A stretch of DNA of 64,000 bases from Eledone cirrhosa (GCA_964016885.1 OZ024743.1:273606001-273670000); one strand, 5' to 3'. Positions 30,361-46,072 are shown, numbered from the stretch's first letter. Made by a program: numbers and translations. The notes: generated by a model from the sequence alone, not told the origin.

Positions 30361-33010
30361 GTGAGTTGATCAAGCTTATCTCAAAACAAAAAAAAACTTC
30401 CTAAAGAAAAAAGAAATTAAAAGCAAATTAAATAAAATTGAAATTTCTCTCCCTCTTTTCTCTCTCTCTCTCTGTCTCTCACTCTCTCTCTCTCTGTCCC
30501 TCTCTCTCTGTCTCTCACTCTTTCTCTCTATATTTCTCTCTCTGTCTCTATCTCTCTCTGTATCTCTCTCTCTGTCTCTCTCTCTCTCTCCCTCTATATA
30601 TATATATATGTATATATATTTATAATATACATACATACACACATATAAATATATATATATATATGTATATATATTATATATATATATACATACACACACA
30701 TATAAATATATTATATATATATATACATACACACACATATAAATATATAGATATATATATATATGTGTATATATAAACATACATACATATATACAATCTA
30801 ATATATATATATATAAAAATAAACAAGACAATATCTATGTATGTATATATATATATATTTATATATATATATATATATACATACATAGATATTGTCTTGT
30901 TTATTCTTTTTTCGTTCTTAAATTTTTGCTTCTAATTTTTTCTATGTTTTTCATGACTGAATTATATTTGTATATGATTTCAATATTTATAATTTCGAAC
31001 ATGCATTGTTGGTTGAAACAGTCGCAACTTAAATAAGATTTGTTTTGTAAATGCTCTATCGAGAGTTCGAATGTTAATGGCTTATGTATTGTTTGTTTAT
31101 TTTTACATTCTACTACTTTGGCTTTCAACAAGTGGCATTTTAACTTTCAAAATCCCTTCCAATTATTACTTATTCACATGTTAAATTGTAATTGGTAGAC
31201 CTGTCATGAATTCCATAAGATCTGTGTTAGTCTAAAAACTATCGAACTAACTAGCTTTCCATCCCTACCTGGAATCAGTCTTATTTACGTAGATAAGAAA
31301 TATATAAATACCAAATATTTATCAGCACCTATTCTATTTTCTTTATTTATGAAGTCATGGGTATAAATCCAAAACAACTATTATATAATAACGTTTACGT
31401 TACAAAACCCCTGAGAAAAATATAACAAAAGCAAATCCCACTTGACCATCAATGCACTTTTCAGTATTTATAAAATAAAATATCCTAATTTCTTTAACTG
31501 GCTGAAGATTATCAAATTTCCTCTTAAATTTCTAATTATTACAATTATTTATTTTGTATTTCTTTATTTTAAAAATATATTTCATGTTTTTAATTTGTGA
31601 TTATTACTGAAATATTGTCGCTTGATTAAATTTTGAACCATTGATACTTCATTTAAAATAATATATGTATTTCAATCTTCACCTCATTTTTTAACTTTGA
31701 ATGTTATACATGATTAACGTCGCAATGCATAGTTATTTAAACTATTACTGTACTGTTTTGTTTGTGTGTGTTTACCAATTATTGAAGCCACGCCACATGT
31801 GTTTTCCTCGATAGCTACTTTTTCGTTCCATTCATCGATAGCTATGCTTTTCTTATTCTACACTTCGAAGGCTAAGATATTTTCATTTCAATTCAAAGTA
31901 CTGTGGCGTTAGTGAATACTATTCAAGTTGAACACCAGCATGGCCTTTTCGGAGTCATTTGAACTGCGAGAAATAACAGCCAAATCATTCTCAAATCTAT
32001 ATCAAATAACACTAGTGACTTGGACAAAGCAAACGCACGTTACTTCATGCAAATATGCATACTTTTAAACACTTGAACGGTGACGATGAAATTACCTTGA
32101 TCATAAGTGTACTAGATTAGGGCTGACCTGGGGCAAAACAGCAACATCAAATGACTAAATTTTTCATACCCCAAATTTACTACATTACACTATTGCTTTA
32201 TTAGGACTCACAGTGAGCAACGACATACTTGTTTACATATAGTTACATAATATATATCTAACACATGCCTGGAGTTTATACATGAATTTATATCAATAAA
32301 AACAGAAATATATATATACACACACACACAAACTACACGTCCACGCACAAACGTGTTTATTGAATCTTTCACTCCTGTTCCAGTAGCCCAAAGCATATTA
32401 TGCAACCGGGATCTCCGTTGCCTCGTGAGAAGCATAGATAACTACCTGAGGCGTCCTTCTAGAAGGCGTAGACCTTCACGCAGTGATTTTTGGGGTATTA
32501 AAAATGTCCCATGCTCGCAAATCACTCCTCAATACGCGAGCATTTTAGTCCAATGGAAGGACAATATTCTAGACTGCTTGACACTAGTATCGTTGAAGCC
32601 ATTTCTACCATGACGCATAGAGTCGGAACAAACTCCAAAGGGCATTTCGTATGAGTCTCTAATTATTCCATCAATCCACAGACCTGAACTGTACCTTATT
32701 TATTGAGCCCGAAATGAAGAAAGGTGAAGTTTACGCCGGTGAAATTTGAACACAGAATGCAGAATGGAAAGAGTTGAAGCAAATAACACAAGGAAATCTC
32801 ACCATCATTCTTGCGATACATGCACACACACACGTATATCGAATTTTCATAGTTGGTAAACAAAAGATAATACACAATATTTCATGTAGATATAATTCTT
32901 ATATTTATTATAACAACTCGGAAAAAACATACACACAGACACACAATCACGCAGAAACTAACACACATACACACACAGACTCAGAGACACATAACCTCAC
33001 ACACACACTT

Positions 33011-33057
<47 letters not shown>

Positions 33058-33146
33058 ATTAATATATATATATATATAATATATTATATTATACCATATT
33101 ATGTATAAATCGAAGTTGTAACTACAAAAGAAAGGATACCAATCGA

Positions 33147-33192
<46 letters not shown>

Positions 33193-33193
33193 T

Positions 33194-33224
<31 letters not shown>

Positions 33225-33243
33225 GCCTATATATATATATATA

Positions 33244-33277
<34 letters not shown>

Positions 33278-33786
33278 TGCAACCACGGTGCACACCATTT
33301 TTTCATATATTTATATATTTTCCTCCGCTGTGACCCGTCCGTTTCTTTCGTACTGCTTCCCCTTTCTCTGTATTTCTCACTTTCTTTTTACCCCCTCTGC
33401 CAGTCACTCTCTCAGTTAGCCTCTTCCTCAAACTTTCACTCACTCACTCTCTGCTAGTCCCTCTCCATCACTTCCTCCCCTTTGACCTGTGCGAAATCCT
33501 TTCCTCGCTCACATTTCAACCAGGTTGGATGGTCTTTGTTCTCTCCCCTACGATTTCACAGAACTTATGTTCATCGATTTCAGGTACTTGACTCCTTCTT
33601 CCTCACTTTTCGTTGCATTACCATCTTTGTTTGTTTGTTTACTGTATAGCTCGTTCCCCCTATTTACGTGTCCCAACGACTTTCTTTAGCCGTTGCTCGC
33701 ACCAACCAGAGGTATATGATCTTTAAAGCGATGAAATACCAATGAAGGCTGGAATATCACTGAGGAAGGACTAATTCTATTCATAT
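33278..33786 (+). mobile_element. Family D element, about one unit, in (TA)n
   Basis: Homologous to 11912-12492 and continues through the ribozyme-like motif. Confidence 0.85.
33670..33771 (+). ncRNA. Candidate permuted hammerhead, copy 2
   Basis: GGUAU-A-UGAUCUU..GCGAU-GAA-AUACC..AAUAUCA-CUGAGGA-A-GGAC. Confidence 0.65.
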
Positions 33787-34286
33787 ATATATAAACATAC
33801 ATACATACATAGAGTTGACTAACAACACACGTGTTTTACTCCTCAAAACAATTTTTCCCCTTTTCTTTCTCTTCTTACTCCGATATATATTTCCATTTTT
33901 TCTTCAGTATTTCATTCTCTAATTCTATGAAGGGCCAACGTCCTGGAAATTAAGACTATTTCAGTGCTATATCAAGCGTTAAATTAATAAATATCATCAT
34001 TATTGTCTTTACCAGTCTTTTGAGTACGATTTATTATCTTGGACATATACTCCATTACCCAAACTGCATATTTACAATGAACATACAACGATGTGTGGTT
34101 AATGTTTAATTTTAAGGTCACGAGTTGTGAATAGTTACACATATATTCATTGGTGATGTTAAAATATAGTAACATAGGTGGATACAGCATGGAGCTCGTT
34201 CATGCGTATCCAGTCTGCTTTGACTTGTGGCTCACTTTAATGTCCGTAAATTACATCGGGGACAAGTGTATATATATATATATATA

Positions 34287-34703
34287 TAAAAAGAAAAAAA
34301 GATGAAATCGAAAATGCGACTGGAGTCTTATTTTAAAAAAATATGTATATTTATTTGGTTCCTTTACCGGTTTCGCAGTTCTTCTGCTTTACAAAAGTAG
34401 AGTTGAGATGGAGGGCCTGTGGTTTTTCTCACATCTACTTCTCTAAAAACCTGGCGGTTCGAGCCACATTTTCCATATAAAACAAGTAACATTCAAAGAC
34501 CAACCAGATGGGGGAAAAACCACAGACCCTGCATCTCAACTCTACTTTTGAAAAGCAGAAGAACTGCGAAACCGGTAAAGGAACCAAATAATTTTTTTTT
34601 TTAAATAAGACGCCAGTTGCATTTTCGATTTCATCTTTTTTTCTTTATACTTTCACTCGTGTAGGACACCTCGGTTATTTTTCATTTTGTAAAAATATCT
34701 CAC

Positions 34704-34710
<7 letters not shown>
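34287..34710. mobile_element. Fold-back pLTR-like element with UUGAAAA-type hammerhead variant (34545-34581)
   Basis: Arms about 34287-34435 and 34505-34648; CTT-TTGAAAA-GCAG aagaa CTGC-GAAA-CCGG-TA-AAG. Confidence 0.7.
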
Positions 34711-34800
<90 letters not shown>

Positions 34801-34853
34801 CATACATATATATATATACATATATATATATATACATATATATATATACATAC

Positions 34854-34934
<81 letters not shown>

Positions 34935-35517
34935 CATTATTCTTACTATTAACAATGTTAAAGTGTTAATTACATATTTTACTCTATAAATTATGAACAA
35001 TTAATTGCAAATGCGTGGTTTATAACAATATATATAAAATAAGTAACACTAAGCATTTAATTGCGAAAATTAAACTTACTTGAGATTGTCAACGAAATAA
35101 TTTAACCTACAGATAGTTATGCAATTCACTAGTCACGTAATGAATGATAAAGACATTTTATATTTTAAATATTAGTGTATTTTCCATTTTTTTATGTTTC
35201 TTGTCGGCATACCTATGTAGATCTCGTTGCAATACTGTGTACCGCGTTGCATCGTTTGATAACCACTGGCTTGTGTTATTGGGTATTACGTGAGATCAAT
35301 TTTACATAGCTCCAGTACGAGCGTCTGACAAAAAATAGTTGACATTTTAAGTCAAAGATCCACCGACTGTGTCAAGTTGAAAAAATTGTGCTGCTCAAGA
35401 ACTGCCACGTTCAATTTTGATATCAAGCTGTCGCGTTATTCGAACAGTAGCGATATTCATCTTCTGAACCACGAAAGTTCAATACCTTCCCTCCACATAT
35501 ATTTATATATATATATA

Positions 35518-35761
<244 letters not shown>

Positions 35762-35784
35762 CGTATATATATATATATATAGAT

Positions 35785-36187
35785 ACATCTACCAAGAGTT
35801 TACGGTAGTGTCCAATCCGTATGAAGAACTCAATGTAATCCGGATATCATGGAAAGAAGAGATGCATTCAAAAATCACTTTCGGTGAAAGATAAACGGAA
35901 TACAGAGTCAAGATAAAGTATTAAAAAAATAATGAATAAAACAATGAAACAGTTCCTTATATTAAACAAAAAAAGTTCATTATTTAACGATCGTTTCTAG
36001 GACATATATGTGTTAGAATTGGCATGCATATTCATGCCAATTCTAACACATATATGCATATTCATGCATATGCATGCCAATTCTAACACATATATGTCCT
36101 AGAAACGATCGTTAAATAATGAACTTTTTTTGTTTAATATAAGGAACTGTTTCATTGTTTTATTCATTATTTTTTTATTTTTTTAAT

Positions 36188-36192
<5 letters not shown>
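35785..36192. mobile_element. Fold-back element with 3' half hammerhead
   Basis: Arms about 35915-36030 and 36072-36192; GAAA-CGATCG-TT palindromic stem III, with the CUGAUGA half lost at the inversion. Confidence 0.65.
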
Positions 36193-36234
<42 letters not shown>

Positions 36235-36292
36235 CGAAGGAAATGTGGTAAGGAACCAGGTGGACCATAACGCACCAGGGGTCCTACTCGCT

Positions 36293-36451
<159 letters not shown>

Positions 36452-36457
36452 ATATAC

Positions 36458-36601
<144 letters not shown>

Positions 36602-36941
36602 AGGGAAGCTATTGAACTTTTGTAGTTCGAATGACGCAACAGCTTTATATGAAAATTGAACGTGGCAGTTCTGGAGCAGTCGAAATTGTTTCAACTTGAC
36701 AAAGTCGGTGGATCTTTGACTTAAAAGTTATAAATATATATATAAAATCTTTTCCTGAGTTCAGGTTTTTTCGTTGCTATGGCAATGTGGCCAGACTCTC
36801 GGTCGCTATATTTGCAAAGCTGTCTAAACGTATTGTTATAAATCTGGGGTAATAATCTCCATCGAGTTCTAAGTTGCATTCAGAATCTGCATTCGTTAGC
36901 TTGTCCGCAGCCAAAAGCTTCGTTGATGCTATACTAAAATT

Positions 36942-36977
<36 letters not shown>

Positions 36978-36981
<4 letters not shown>

Positions 36982-38654
36982 AAAGTTAAACAAGGTTCAA
37001 TGAATAAATCTAAGAATGAGTTTTACAATAAATTGGAAGCACTCAAATGAGAGGGTTTTCCAGAGTTATTAATATTAATCCAAAATATTAACAAAATAGA
37101 TATTCTTGTGATTAAGTATATTTTATTATACATATTTCAGAGGTACTGAGTTAACTTCAACAGTACGTCCTCATCAAATAAAATAAGATGATGCATGAAA
37201 TACCCTGACATAGTATATGGTTAGGATTCAGTCATGTAGTGATTAATATATGACAAAACTCAATATTTATATACCTTAATATTGAGAACATGAGAAAAAT
37301 ATATAATACGTACAATAGAGAGGGTGCCTGGAATACAGTTAAAACAATACATGGCATAATACACAATATAACTGTTAAAAAAATTTAAATTACTGAAGAA
37401 AGAGGAAAGAAAGGAAAGCATAGAAAAAGAAACAGCTGATGGGATAATATAGTTAGTAGGTGCCTCGAAAGACTAAAGAGAGATGATTAAAGAGAGAGAG
37501 AGACAAAGGGGAATAATTTATTTTCAAGTTTATATACAATTATCCATATATACAATATATATCTAAACTTATTTGGTTGACCGTTAATATTCAAAATATT
37601 TAATTTAAGTTAGTTCAGAGTAATGAATAATATTTTAGGTTTTAAAAGTTAATAGGTATCTGTATTAATATTATAGTATACTATGAAGTTTAATATCTAA
37701 AATTCAAATTTTATGAAATCAAATTTAAAGGAGTTACAAACACGAGAAAGAAAATATAATGTTTTTATAATCTCACGAAGGTAAACTTTACCAAAATGAT
37801 TTATAATATTGACAACAGTTTATATAATATAATTTATAAAATAATTACAGTTATAATTATTAATGAATGTATGATAAACAATTTGAGTGCCTAAAGGATC
37901 AACAGGCCTTATAATTAAAATTAAAGAAGTCTGAATTTTAAATTACATATATGTGTTAATCAAAAAATATACAAGGATTATATTGTCTAAAGATTTAAGG
38001 TGATACCTTTCAAATATACATAACAAAATAAAATAATACAATATAATAAATAAGTTACTGAAAATATTGTTAAAAATATATTGTTAAAAATTAATGTTTT
38101 ATATCAATTATTGTAAAAGGATCATTTAGTTCATATATATTATAAATATATAAGTCAAAACTAGATGAGTCCTAAGGGCTAGAGACATAATAAATATAAA
38201 AATAAAAACTGAAAAATAAGGAATTGATGCGAAACTTAAAAATGCCCAATATTAAAAATATAGTTTAAAATGTAATAGCGTTTTAATATATAGTAGACAA
38301 AAGATACTTCTAAAATATCTAGCGAATGTGATAGAAAGATGAGCTAAGGACTTGAAAAAGCCGAAGGTAATCTAAATTTAATTAAAATAAATTAAATTAT
38401 ATTAAATTAAGTAATAATCATCATATAATTTCGAACATCCAGGGAATATCTAACACTTATAACAATAGAGAGTCATTTGAGTATCTAAATTATTTATAAA
38501 TGTAACTACGAGTATGTTATTACACTAGATAAACATATTTGTACAACTATATAGAGAGAGTATTATAGGTATTAATGAAACGATATACATTTAATAAATA
38601 AATAATTATAATCATTATTAGTAATGCTATAATTGTAGTTTTACCTCCAGTTCA

Positions 38655-38657
<3 letters not shown>
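36978..38657 (-). mobile_element. Highly decayed AT-rich element ending in the same pLTR/hammerhead as 26943-27367 (probable old PLE)
   Basis: 36980-37235 matches 27110-27365; bounded by (TA)n on both sides; no readable ORF remains. Confidence 0.55.
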
Positions 38658-38745
<88 letters not shown>

Positions 38746-38822
38746 TAAGAGGAATTCCAACTTTGTCTGATTTACTCGTTTTATTTACAATCCTTTAAAA
38801 TTTATAATGGTATTATAATGAA

Positions 38823-39053
38823 ATAGTATGATAGAATATTAAATGTTAAGTGTTAATTGAACAAGTACTTTCATGCTTTCGCAATCTTCAGGTTCACAAT
38901 GTGTGGTGACAGTCATGTTTGCAATTTTCAACTGTTTTCCACAGTTGAAAATTGCAAACATGACTGTCACCACACATTATGAACCTGAAGATTGCGAAAG
39001 CATGAAAGTACTTGTTCAATTAACACTTAACATTTAATATTCTATCATACTAG
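38823..39053. mobile_element. Near-perfect fold-back with canonical minimal hammerhead in each arm (38980-39018 on +)
   Basis: TGAAC-CTGAAGA-tTGC gaaa GCAt-GAAA-GTAC-TT-GTTCA. Confidence 0.85.
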
Positions 39054-40205
39054 TTATATATATTCATACATTCGCCAATTCATACTATATTCATACTATA
39101 TATATATTCATACATTCACCAATCAGTATCCGACCTGGTTTCAAATCGTATGTATTGCACATCGTTCTTTCTCTCTGTGATGTGAACTAGCATTGTTGCT
39201 CTTTTACTGCTCAGACAAAAAGTTTTGATAAGTGCCCATGGACCAGGTAGCAGTGTTTTAAACAGCGTGATCTGAATAAAGACTGCAAAGAGACGTTGGA
39301 AATTTAACAATGCATTTCTTTCGATACTTTAACTGTTCCCACAATTTCTCACGGTGTGCAATTTAATTTATCTATCTGGAAACGATGAAAAGCAAAGGTG
39401 ACCTAGTTGAGGTCTGAACTCAAAGAGAGGAAACACATACCGCCAGCCCTTTTGTTCTAACCTCTAACAACTCAGCCACAATTTGCATTTGTATGTATTA
39501 TCCAGTAATTATTGTAGTAATTTTTTAAATGGCAGTGAATAGGAAAAAGCCTCTATGATAAAGTTCTATATTTACTAATTTTTCCTCATGCGTCATTCAG
39601 AAAATAAAATGTGGCAATGCTGATATTTTCAGGGCTTCTAATACTCTGGAGAGAAAGGGATACTAAGAGAACCTTATATTTAGATAGAAGGCGCAGATTA
39701 TTTTAATAGAGTTACTAAACCCACCAACGAACGGGAGGTGATATTAAACCAGGTGAAGGTTATAACTGTTCGTTAATTAGCGAGATCGACCGTCCATTCG
39801 ATGGATTATCAAATATCACTCACAAGTTTTAGGTCGGCCGTAGGGTACGGAAGAATACTCCAGGCTAGATTAGAGACACATTGACCCTAAACGACAGGAG
39901 AAATACTATTAATCATAGGTCTGCTCGATCAAGCATGTCTTGGATTTAAACAACAAAAATAAGAAAATCACATTTATTTGAAATATGATGGTATTTGGGT
40001 ATTTGACTTTTCGCTATTTTATTGAATTATTCTCGTTCAATTTGGCTTCGTATGTATGTTCAGATGTTTCTATTAATTAATCATTTACTTCGTGTATTTG
40101 AATTCATTGATGATACACTGTAATTGGTGGTCAATGGTGCTGAGAAAGTAGTTACTTTTCAGGCAGCCGAATCATTGAAAAGAAACATAGTTATCGTGTG
40201 TATGT

Positions 40206-40305
<100 letters not shown>

Positions 40306-40595
40306 GAGAGAAAGAGTGAGTGAGTGAGAGATAGAGAGATGTTGATTGAAGGACTGACTTTCTGACATAGAACCAAAGCAACAACTCATCGAAGAAGCCC
40401 TTGTGTAATCGTGTTCCTGCTAGATTGGTAAACAAAAGATAATATTACATATAACGCACGTTAACGCCTGTATAAAGACAAAAAGGCTTTGCAAAACAGA
40501 TTTTAGTAATACAAATTTCTAGATCGTAAACAATTCTATTTCAAATAACAACAACACTACAGATATTGTTGTTTTCCTGTTTCTTCTACAACAAC

Positions 40596-41400
40596 TACAA
40601 TTGTACGTGATGTGGTCCATCCACAGCCCCGGCGGACAGAATGGAGAAGGCGTTTCCCTGGAGGACGGCAAGGGAGAAGCGCTTGAAAAGCCATTCCAAC
40701 TCGCGGGGCTCACACCTGCGGCTGGCTAACTCAGTGGTGGTGAGTAAGGAGATAGCCCTGGGGCCAAAGACACCAGAGGTCTCCAGGGTACGACCGCAAA
40801 CATGTCGGAGAGCGACCGGTATTTGAGGAGTTTGGGCCCCTCAGCCCGACGTGCAGCAGAACCTGGGTCAGTCGCAGACTGCACCAGGTTGCGGCTGCAG
40901 AAAGTGTTGGTGCAAGTGGCATCCCAGACGAGGGGTTTGCCACCTCGGAACGGGAAGATGGTCATGCCATCTGGCCGTTTGCCGTCCTCTCGATCCAGCC
41001 CCACCGGCTCGAGCTGGTAGGGGAAGCCTGCAGCGTCCAATCCATGATTAATGACCTCGTTGAGGGCAGCATGGCGTGAAAGGCGGTCGGCACTGTGGCG
41101 ACAGAAAAGATGGTGGATGCCGAAAGAGTCCACGGTGGAACTGCAGCGATATCGGTGCGGCTGGCAGATCCGAACGCCGAGCCTCAAGGAAACGCAGATG
41201 TGCAGGCTATGGTTGTCTAGCTGTGTGCCAGTGGAGATGGAGGGCTGGGAAAGGAGCCAGGCACCATTGTGGGTTTGGAGGCCGCACGAAAACAAGCAAG
41301 GTGGTGCCGGTCGAGCTGGCGCGTTAGCCTGTCTGAAGCCAGGCTGCACTGGATGGCATCCCAAGTGCATTGGGGGGACTTGACGTCAACAGGGGGAGAA
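40596..41400 (-). mobile_element. CRE-like non-LTR retrotransposon 3' fragment (CCHC + restriction-like endonuclease)
   Basis: RHAALNEVI..LEPVGLDREDGKRPDGMTIFPFRGGKPLVWDATC; GC-rich and frameshifted. Confidence 0.85.
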
Positions 41401-41720
41401 AGTACTCTCATATCCACTGAAAATATAGAATGGTCATGACTGGAATAGTTTTGATCACAGCTTTGCTCAATCAGCGTCAGTCTACATAATTAGGTTGTGT
41501 CATGATCATACGATGGTTGCTGCAGCTGCATAACGTAGCAAATCATATCACACCCTAAGAATTTAGAAAATAATGTCCTAGATAGGATCTATAAAAAAAT
41601 ACCGACTGATACAAAATGCGTCAGTGTTTCATCTGTATGATATAGTATGTTGGTTAATAGATTATCAATGCTATGTATAGATAAAATCTCCTACTATGGA
41701 TGACTAAATTTTGAAAAAAA

Positions 41721-42100
41721 TAATTGGTTCTACTTTTGGCACAAAGCCAGCAATAATCCCAGTGCATTATTAGTAAAGGGCGGTGGATTGGCAGTATCGG
41801 TAGAGGGTCGGACGCCATGCTTTCCAGCATAATTACGTCCCTTTACGATCTGAGTTCAAATCCCGCCGAGGTTGACTTTGCCTTTCATCCTTACGGGGTC
41901 GATAGAATAAAGTGCCAGTAATGCACTGGGTAATTGCTGGCCTTGTGCCTAAAGTAGAAACAATTATTAGTATTTATTTTATCGACCCCGTAAGGATGAA
42001 AGGCGAAGTTAACCTCGGCAGCATTTGAACTCAGATCATAAAGGGCCGTAACTCTATGCTGCAAAGCATGGTGTCCGTCCCTCTACCAATACTACCAAAC
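41721..42100. mobile_element. SINE A (+, 41776-41970) nested in SINE A (-)
   Basis: The host SINE is split; ATTATTAGTA is duplicated at 41766-41775 and 41963-41972. Confidence 0.85.
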
Positions 42101-42848
42101 ACTGAAAAAATAATACAAGCAGTTAAAGCGAATAAGAGCAGCCGACAATATTAACAATGCATAATGGAGTGCCACTTCTTTAGGTCAAAGAGTGAAAGTA
42201 ACAATAATGTTTGGATCTTAAAAACTTAACATACTATATCAAATATTGCACGAATGTTTAATAGGCGGAATTGTATGAGGGAAAAGCAAACCCTTTCAGA
42301 TAGACAGTGTTCCATTTTGTGTTAAATGGGACTGACGCCAATTTATTTAATACTTGATTTCCAATTTATGATGTATTAGAGAATGTAAATGGATACGGAA
42401 TTATTGGGCATCCGTAAGCTGTCCTATTTTTAGGATGCAAACATACATATAATTCCATGTTCCGAAACACTTGTGTTTCAGATGAAAAACACACACAGAA
42501 ACACACACATACACACACATACACACAAACACATACACAGGTGTGTATATATTATATATATATATATGTGTGTGTGTGTGGATGTGTGTGTGGATGGGTG
42601 TGTGTGTGGATGTGTGTGTGTCAATTATGTATAAGCCAGCGGCATGCGTTCTACGTCCGAATATATATGCCGAAGGCTTATACATATTGATAATTTGGGA
42701 GAAATCCCTAAAATGACTGGTCTGTATATTAAATACACATGCGGTTCGGTCTCACATATGAAATAAAATGAATTGAATAATTTCCATTAACTGAGACTAT
42801 CTATAAAATATGAAAAAAGATAAACACCACACACACACACACACACAT

Positions 42849-42939
<91 letters not shown>

Positions 42940-43513
42940 ACCAGAAATACGCTTCAAAAACAGAGCAGCACTGATAACCTTTCAGAACTTGAGGTAGTGT
43001 TTATGTGAATAGCCCATCCAAGTAAAGCCAAATTTGTTTTTGTGCATAATATTTCATGTCGTTAAGTACGCAAGAATTACAGGGTAAGATGATATATAAG
43101 GGAAACAATGAAAAACATGATATTATGTAGTACCTTATTACTCCAGAATTTTAAGATCGTCCCAGAGGGCAAATATATTTGTTGTTGATGTGTAGATTAA
43201 TCGACGGTGATTATGCACCTCCATTACACCGAAAAAAGCACATTCACTAGGCGTCTATCCTAAAAAAAAAAAGATTGTTATGGTGCTGCATAACTCTACT
43301 TCTACACATCGATAAAAATTGTTTCATGTTTTTCATCGTTCAACGTTGTATACTAAGAATATCATGAGAAAAAAGGTGTTGTCTGATGTTCGCGTGACCA
43401 CACAGATGAAACTTTAGAGCAAAAGGTGCCTGTCCGATTGGTCCCAAAGCACTTCAATAGTTTATCCCAGCTAAGAGTTGGTGATTAGGAGTGACGGAGT
43501 ATTCATTTATCAA

Positions 43514-43783
43514 ATAATAGTAGTTAAGACGGAATTTTTTCAACTTAATTGTTTTATTGTATGATATATATATTTCTGTTATATGGTTATGCATGTGACT
43601 TCTGCAGATTCTTACGCAATCATAGATTAAGTTATGCAATCGTTAGGATATGCTGCTGGGCATATATCACCACCTATGATTGCGTAAAAATCGGATGAAG
43701 TCACATGCATAAACCTGTTACAGAAATATGTATCATGTAATAAAACAATTATGATGAAATAATCCCGTCTTAACTACTGTTAT
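43514..43783. mobile_element. Old fold-back element with decayed hammerhead; followed by ~18-bp minisatellite (43789-43886)
   Basis: Diverged inverted arms; C(G/T)GATGA..GAAA-TATGTA-TC consensus. Confidence 0.55.
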
Positions 43784-44873
43784 TTGTCATGCATGCCATA
43801 TTAGTCATGCATGTCACATCAGTCATCAATGCCACATCAGTCATGCATGCCACATCAGTCATGCATGTCACATCAGTGATGCATGCGTTTTCTACATGTT
43901 GGTATAATCTCTATGCCTTCATTCTCAGACGTACAGACAGGCACACATATTAAGCAGAGAGATGCACTTACACGATGCACGTCAATCACAGACAGTTACG
44001 TGAACCACCGATCTCTGTGGCCCTAGTACCACCACTACTGCATATATATCTTCATATAGGAAAACATAAACCCTTAACTCCTGTCTTCTTTAACTCTCCA
44101 AATGAAATTCCTTATTTTTGCACGCATCTTCTCGTTCAAAAATGTTAGCGTTGTTGCTAAAGAGAAACGTTCGGCTTTTATGATCTCCTCAATGCTTCAT
44201 CCTGCTATCCATGTAACCTATCTTGTTTTTACCACTCTAATTCTTTAGACATTACAGTGATTATTCTTCCAAATTGTGCTGTCATATCTATAGTGAATCA
44301 TATTTTGCTTCATTCTCTCTATTTTTTTAATCATCACCTTTCTCGTCTTCCTACGTTCAATACAAACAAGTTATGACATAACAGGTTTATCCAAAAGACC
44401 GTAAACATCCCACTCTTCACACTTTTATCCTTGTCGCTTACGATCTTGATATTTTAGTTTTTTTTATTTCATGCACTCAATCTATATTGCTTCTGTAAGT
44501 TAACTCAACAACAGAAACAATTTTTGTTTATCTAAACTGACGATGGACGTATCGCCAAGGCATTGTGTGGTTATATCAATATGACGAGGAAAAATTAAAA
44601 CGATCCCCCAAATCAACATGTACCACCCCATCCCTGGCATCTGTCAGGATTTTGTGAGGGTGCTTTTTGTAGTTTACCCTCAAGTTGTCCTTTCACAATT
44701 TACTTAGGACAAAATTGTGCAGCCATACATTGATGTTCTTGCATGAATATTGATGTAAGACGTTAGTAAGGACACTGCAAAAAAATGTTTTAAATTCTAC
44801 TACATTATATTCTAATGAGGCGTAAACTCAGCGCCGATAAGAATTAGCACTACCATTCCTTCCTCAACATATA

Positions 44874-45068
44874 GTAATGGTTTCTAATATAGGCACAAGG
44901 CCAGCAATTTTAGGAGAAGTGGAAAGTCGATTAAATCGACCCCTGTGCGTGCCTGGTACTTTATTTTATCGACCCCGTAATGATGAATGGCAAATTTAAC
45001 CTTAGCGGGATTTGAACTCAGATCATAAAGGGCTGTAACACTATGGTGCAAAGCATGGTGTCCGACAC
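44874..45068 (-). mobile_element. SINE family A variant
   Basis: Same core and B box, with a longer 3' part. Confidence 0.85.
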
Positions 45069-45322
45069 CATTACGGACACTTGAATCTCAGAGCAAAACA
45101 TACATTGCCCTGGTGAGAATTACATCCTGGCTGGTTTCATTTTCACTACCATGTTCCATCATACCATCCTTTGTGCCGTTGTTTCCATGCTTGCCAGCTC
45201 AACTGCTTTGGTTGCATGCTCCTCATCTTCAGCGTTGAGATTTACTGCGAGTACAATGTCATGATATCCACTGTTATTTTGGTGGAATATCCATGTGTTG
45301 CGTATTCGCCTTAGGCCTAACC

Positions 45323-45390
<68 letters not shown>

Positions 45391-45419
45391 GTTATTATCT
45401 CTTTCTCTTAATTTCGAGT

Positions 45420-45955
45420 ATATTTTTGACTGGCCACCTTCCTGGTGGCAAGGTTGTAAAAGAAAAGAAATTGTCATCCGTGGAATCGCAAGAATGTTTT
45501 GCAAATGTTGAAGGTGCCAGCTATCGCAGCCATTTGTAGACTATGAATTAGGGAGCTGCGCTCTTTGTCCGCAAATTTAAGTTCAGTTATACATTGGTTC
45601 AAGCGGGTTGGTATATAACCCGTAGCTCCAATAATGATAAGTATGTAGCTAAAGGTGTATCTTGGATACCGGATTTGTAAACTCCTCAACAATGGTCCGT
45701 AAATGTCCTCCTTCTCCTGTATTTTTCTGACAACGTTTAAATCAAGTGGGCAGCTGATCTCCACAACAGAACACGTTTTCAATGTGTGGTCCCAAACAAC
45801 AATATCAGACCGGTTGTGCTTTAATTTGGTGGCAAATTTTATTTTCAGATTCCACCAGTATTCCTTAGTGCCATCTGTCTCAATATATTCTTCCTCCTTT
45901 GTTTTTAATTTTGTTTTCCGAAGTGCGTTCCAGATGGTTCTAGCTATCCCATCGT
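45420..45955 (-). mobile_element. RLE-type (R4/NeSL-like) non-LTR retrotransposon 3' fragment
   Basis: HNRSDIVVWD..CSVVEISCPLD..EKEDIY..IIIGATG restriction-like endonuclease motifs. Confidence 0.8.
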
Positions 45956-46072
45956 GTATGTATGTATTTGTGTATCTATGTATGTATGTATGTAAATATG
46001 TATATATGCGTATAAATGTATATGTGAATATAAATTAGCCTATTATCAAAGTTGTGTTCAAATCATTTAATA

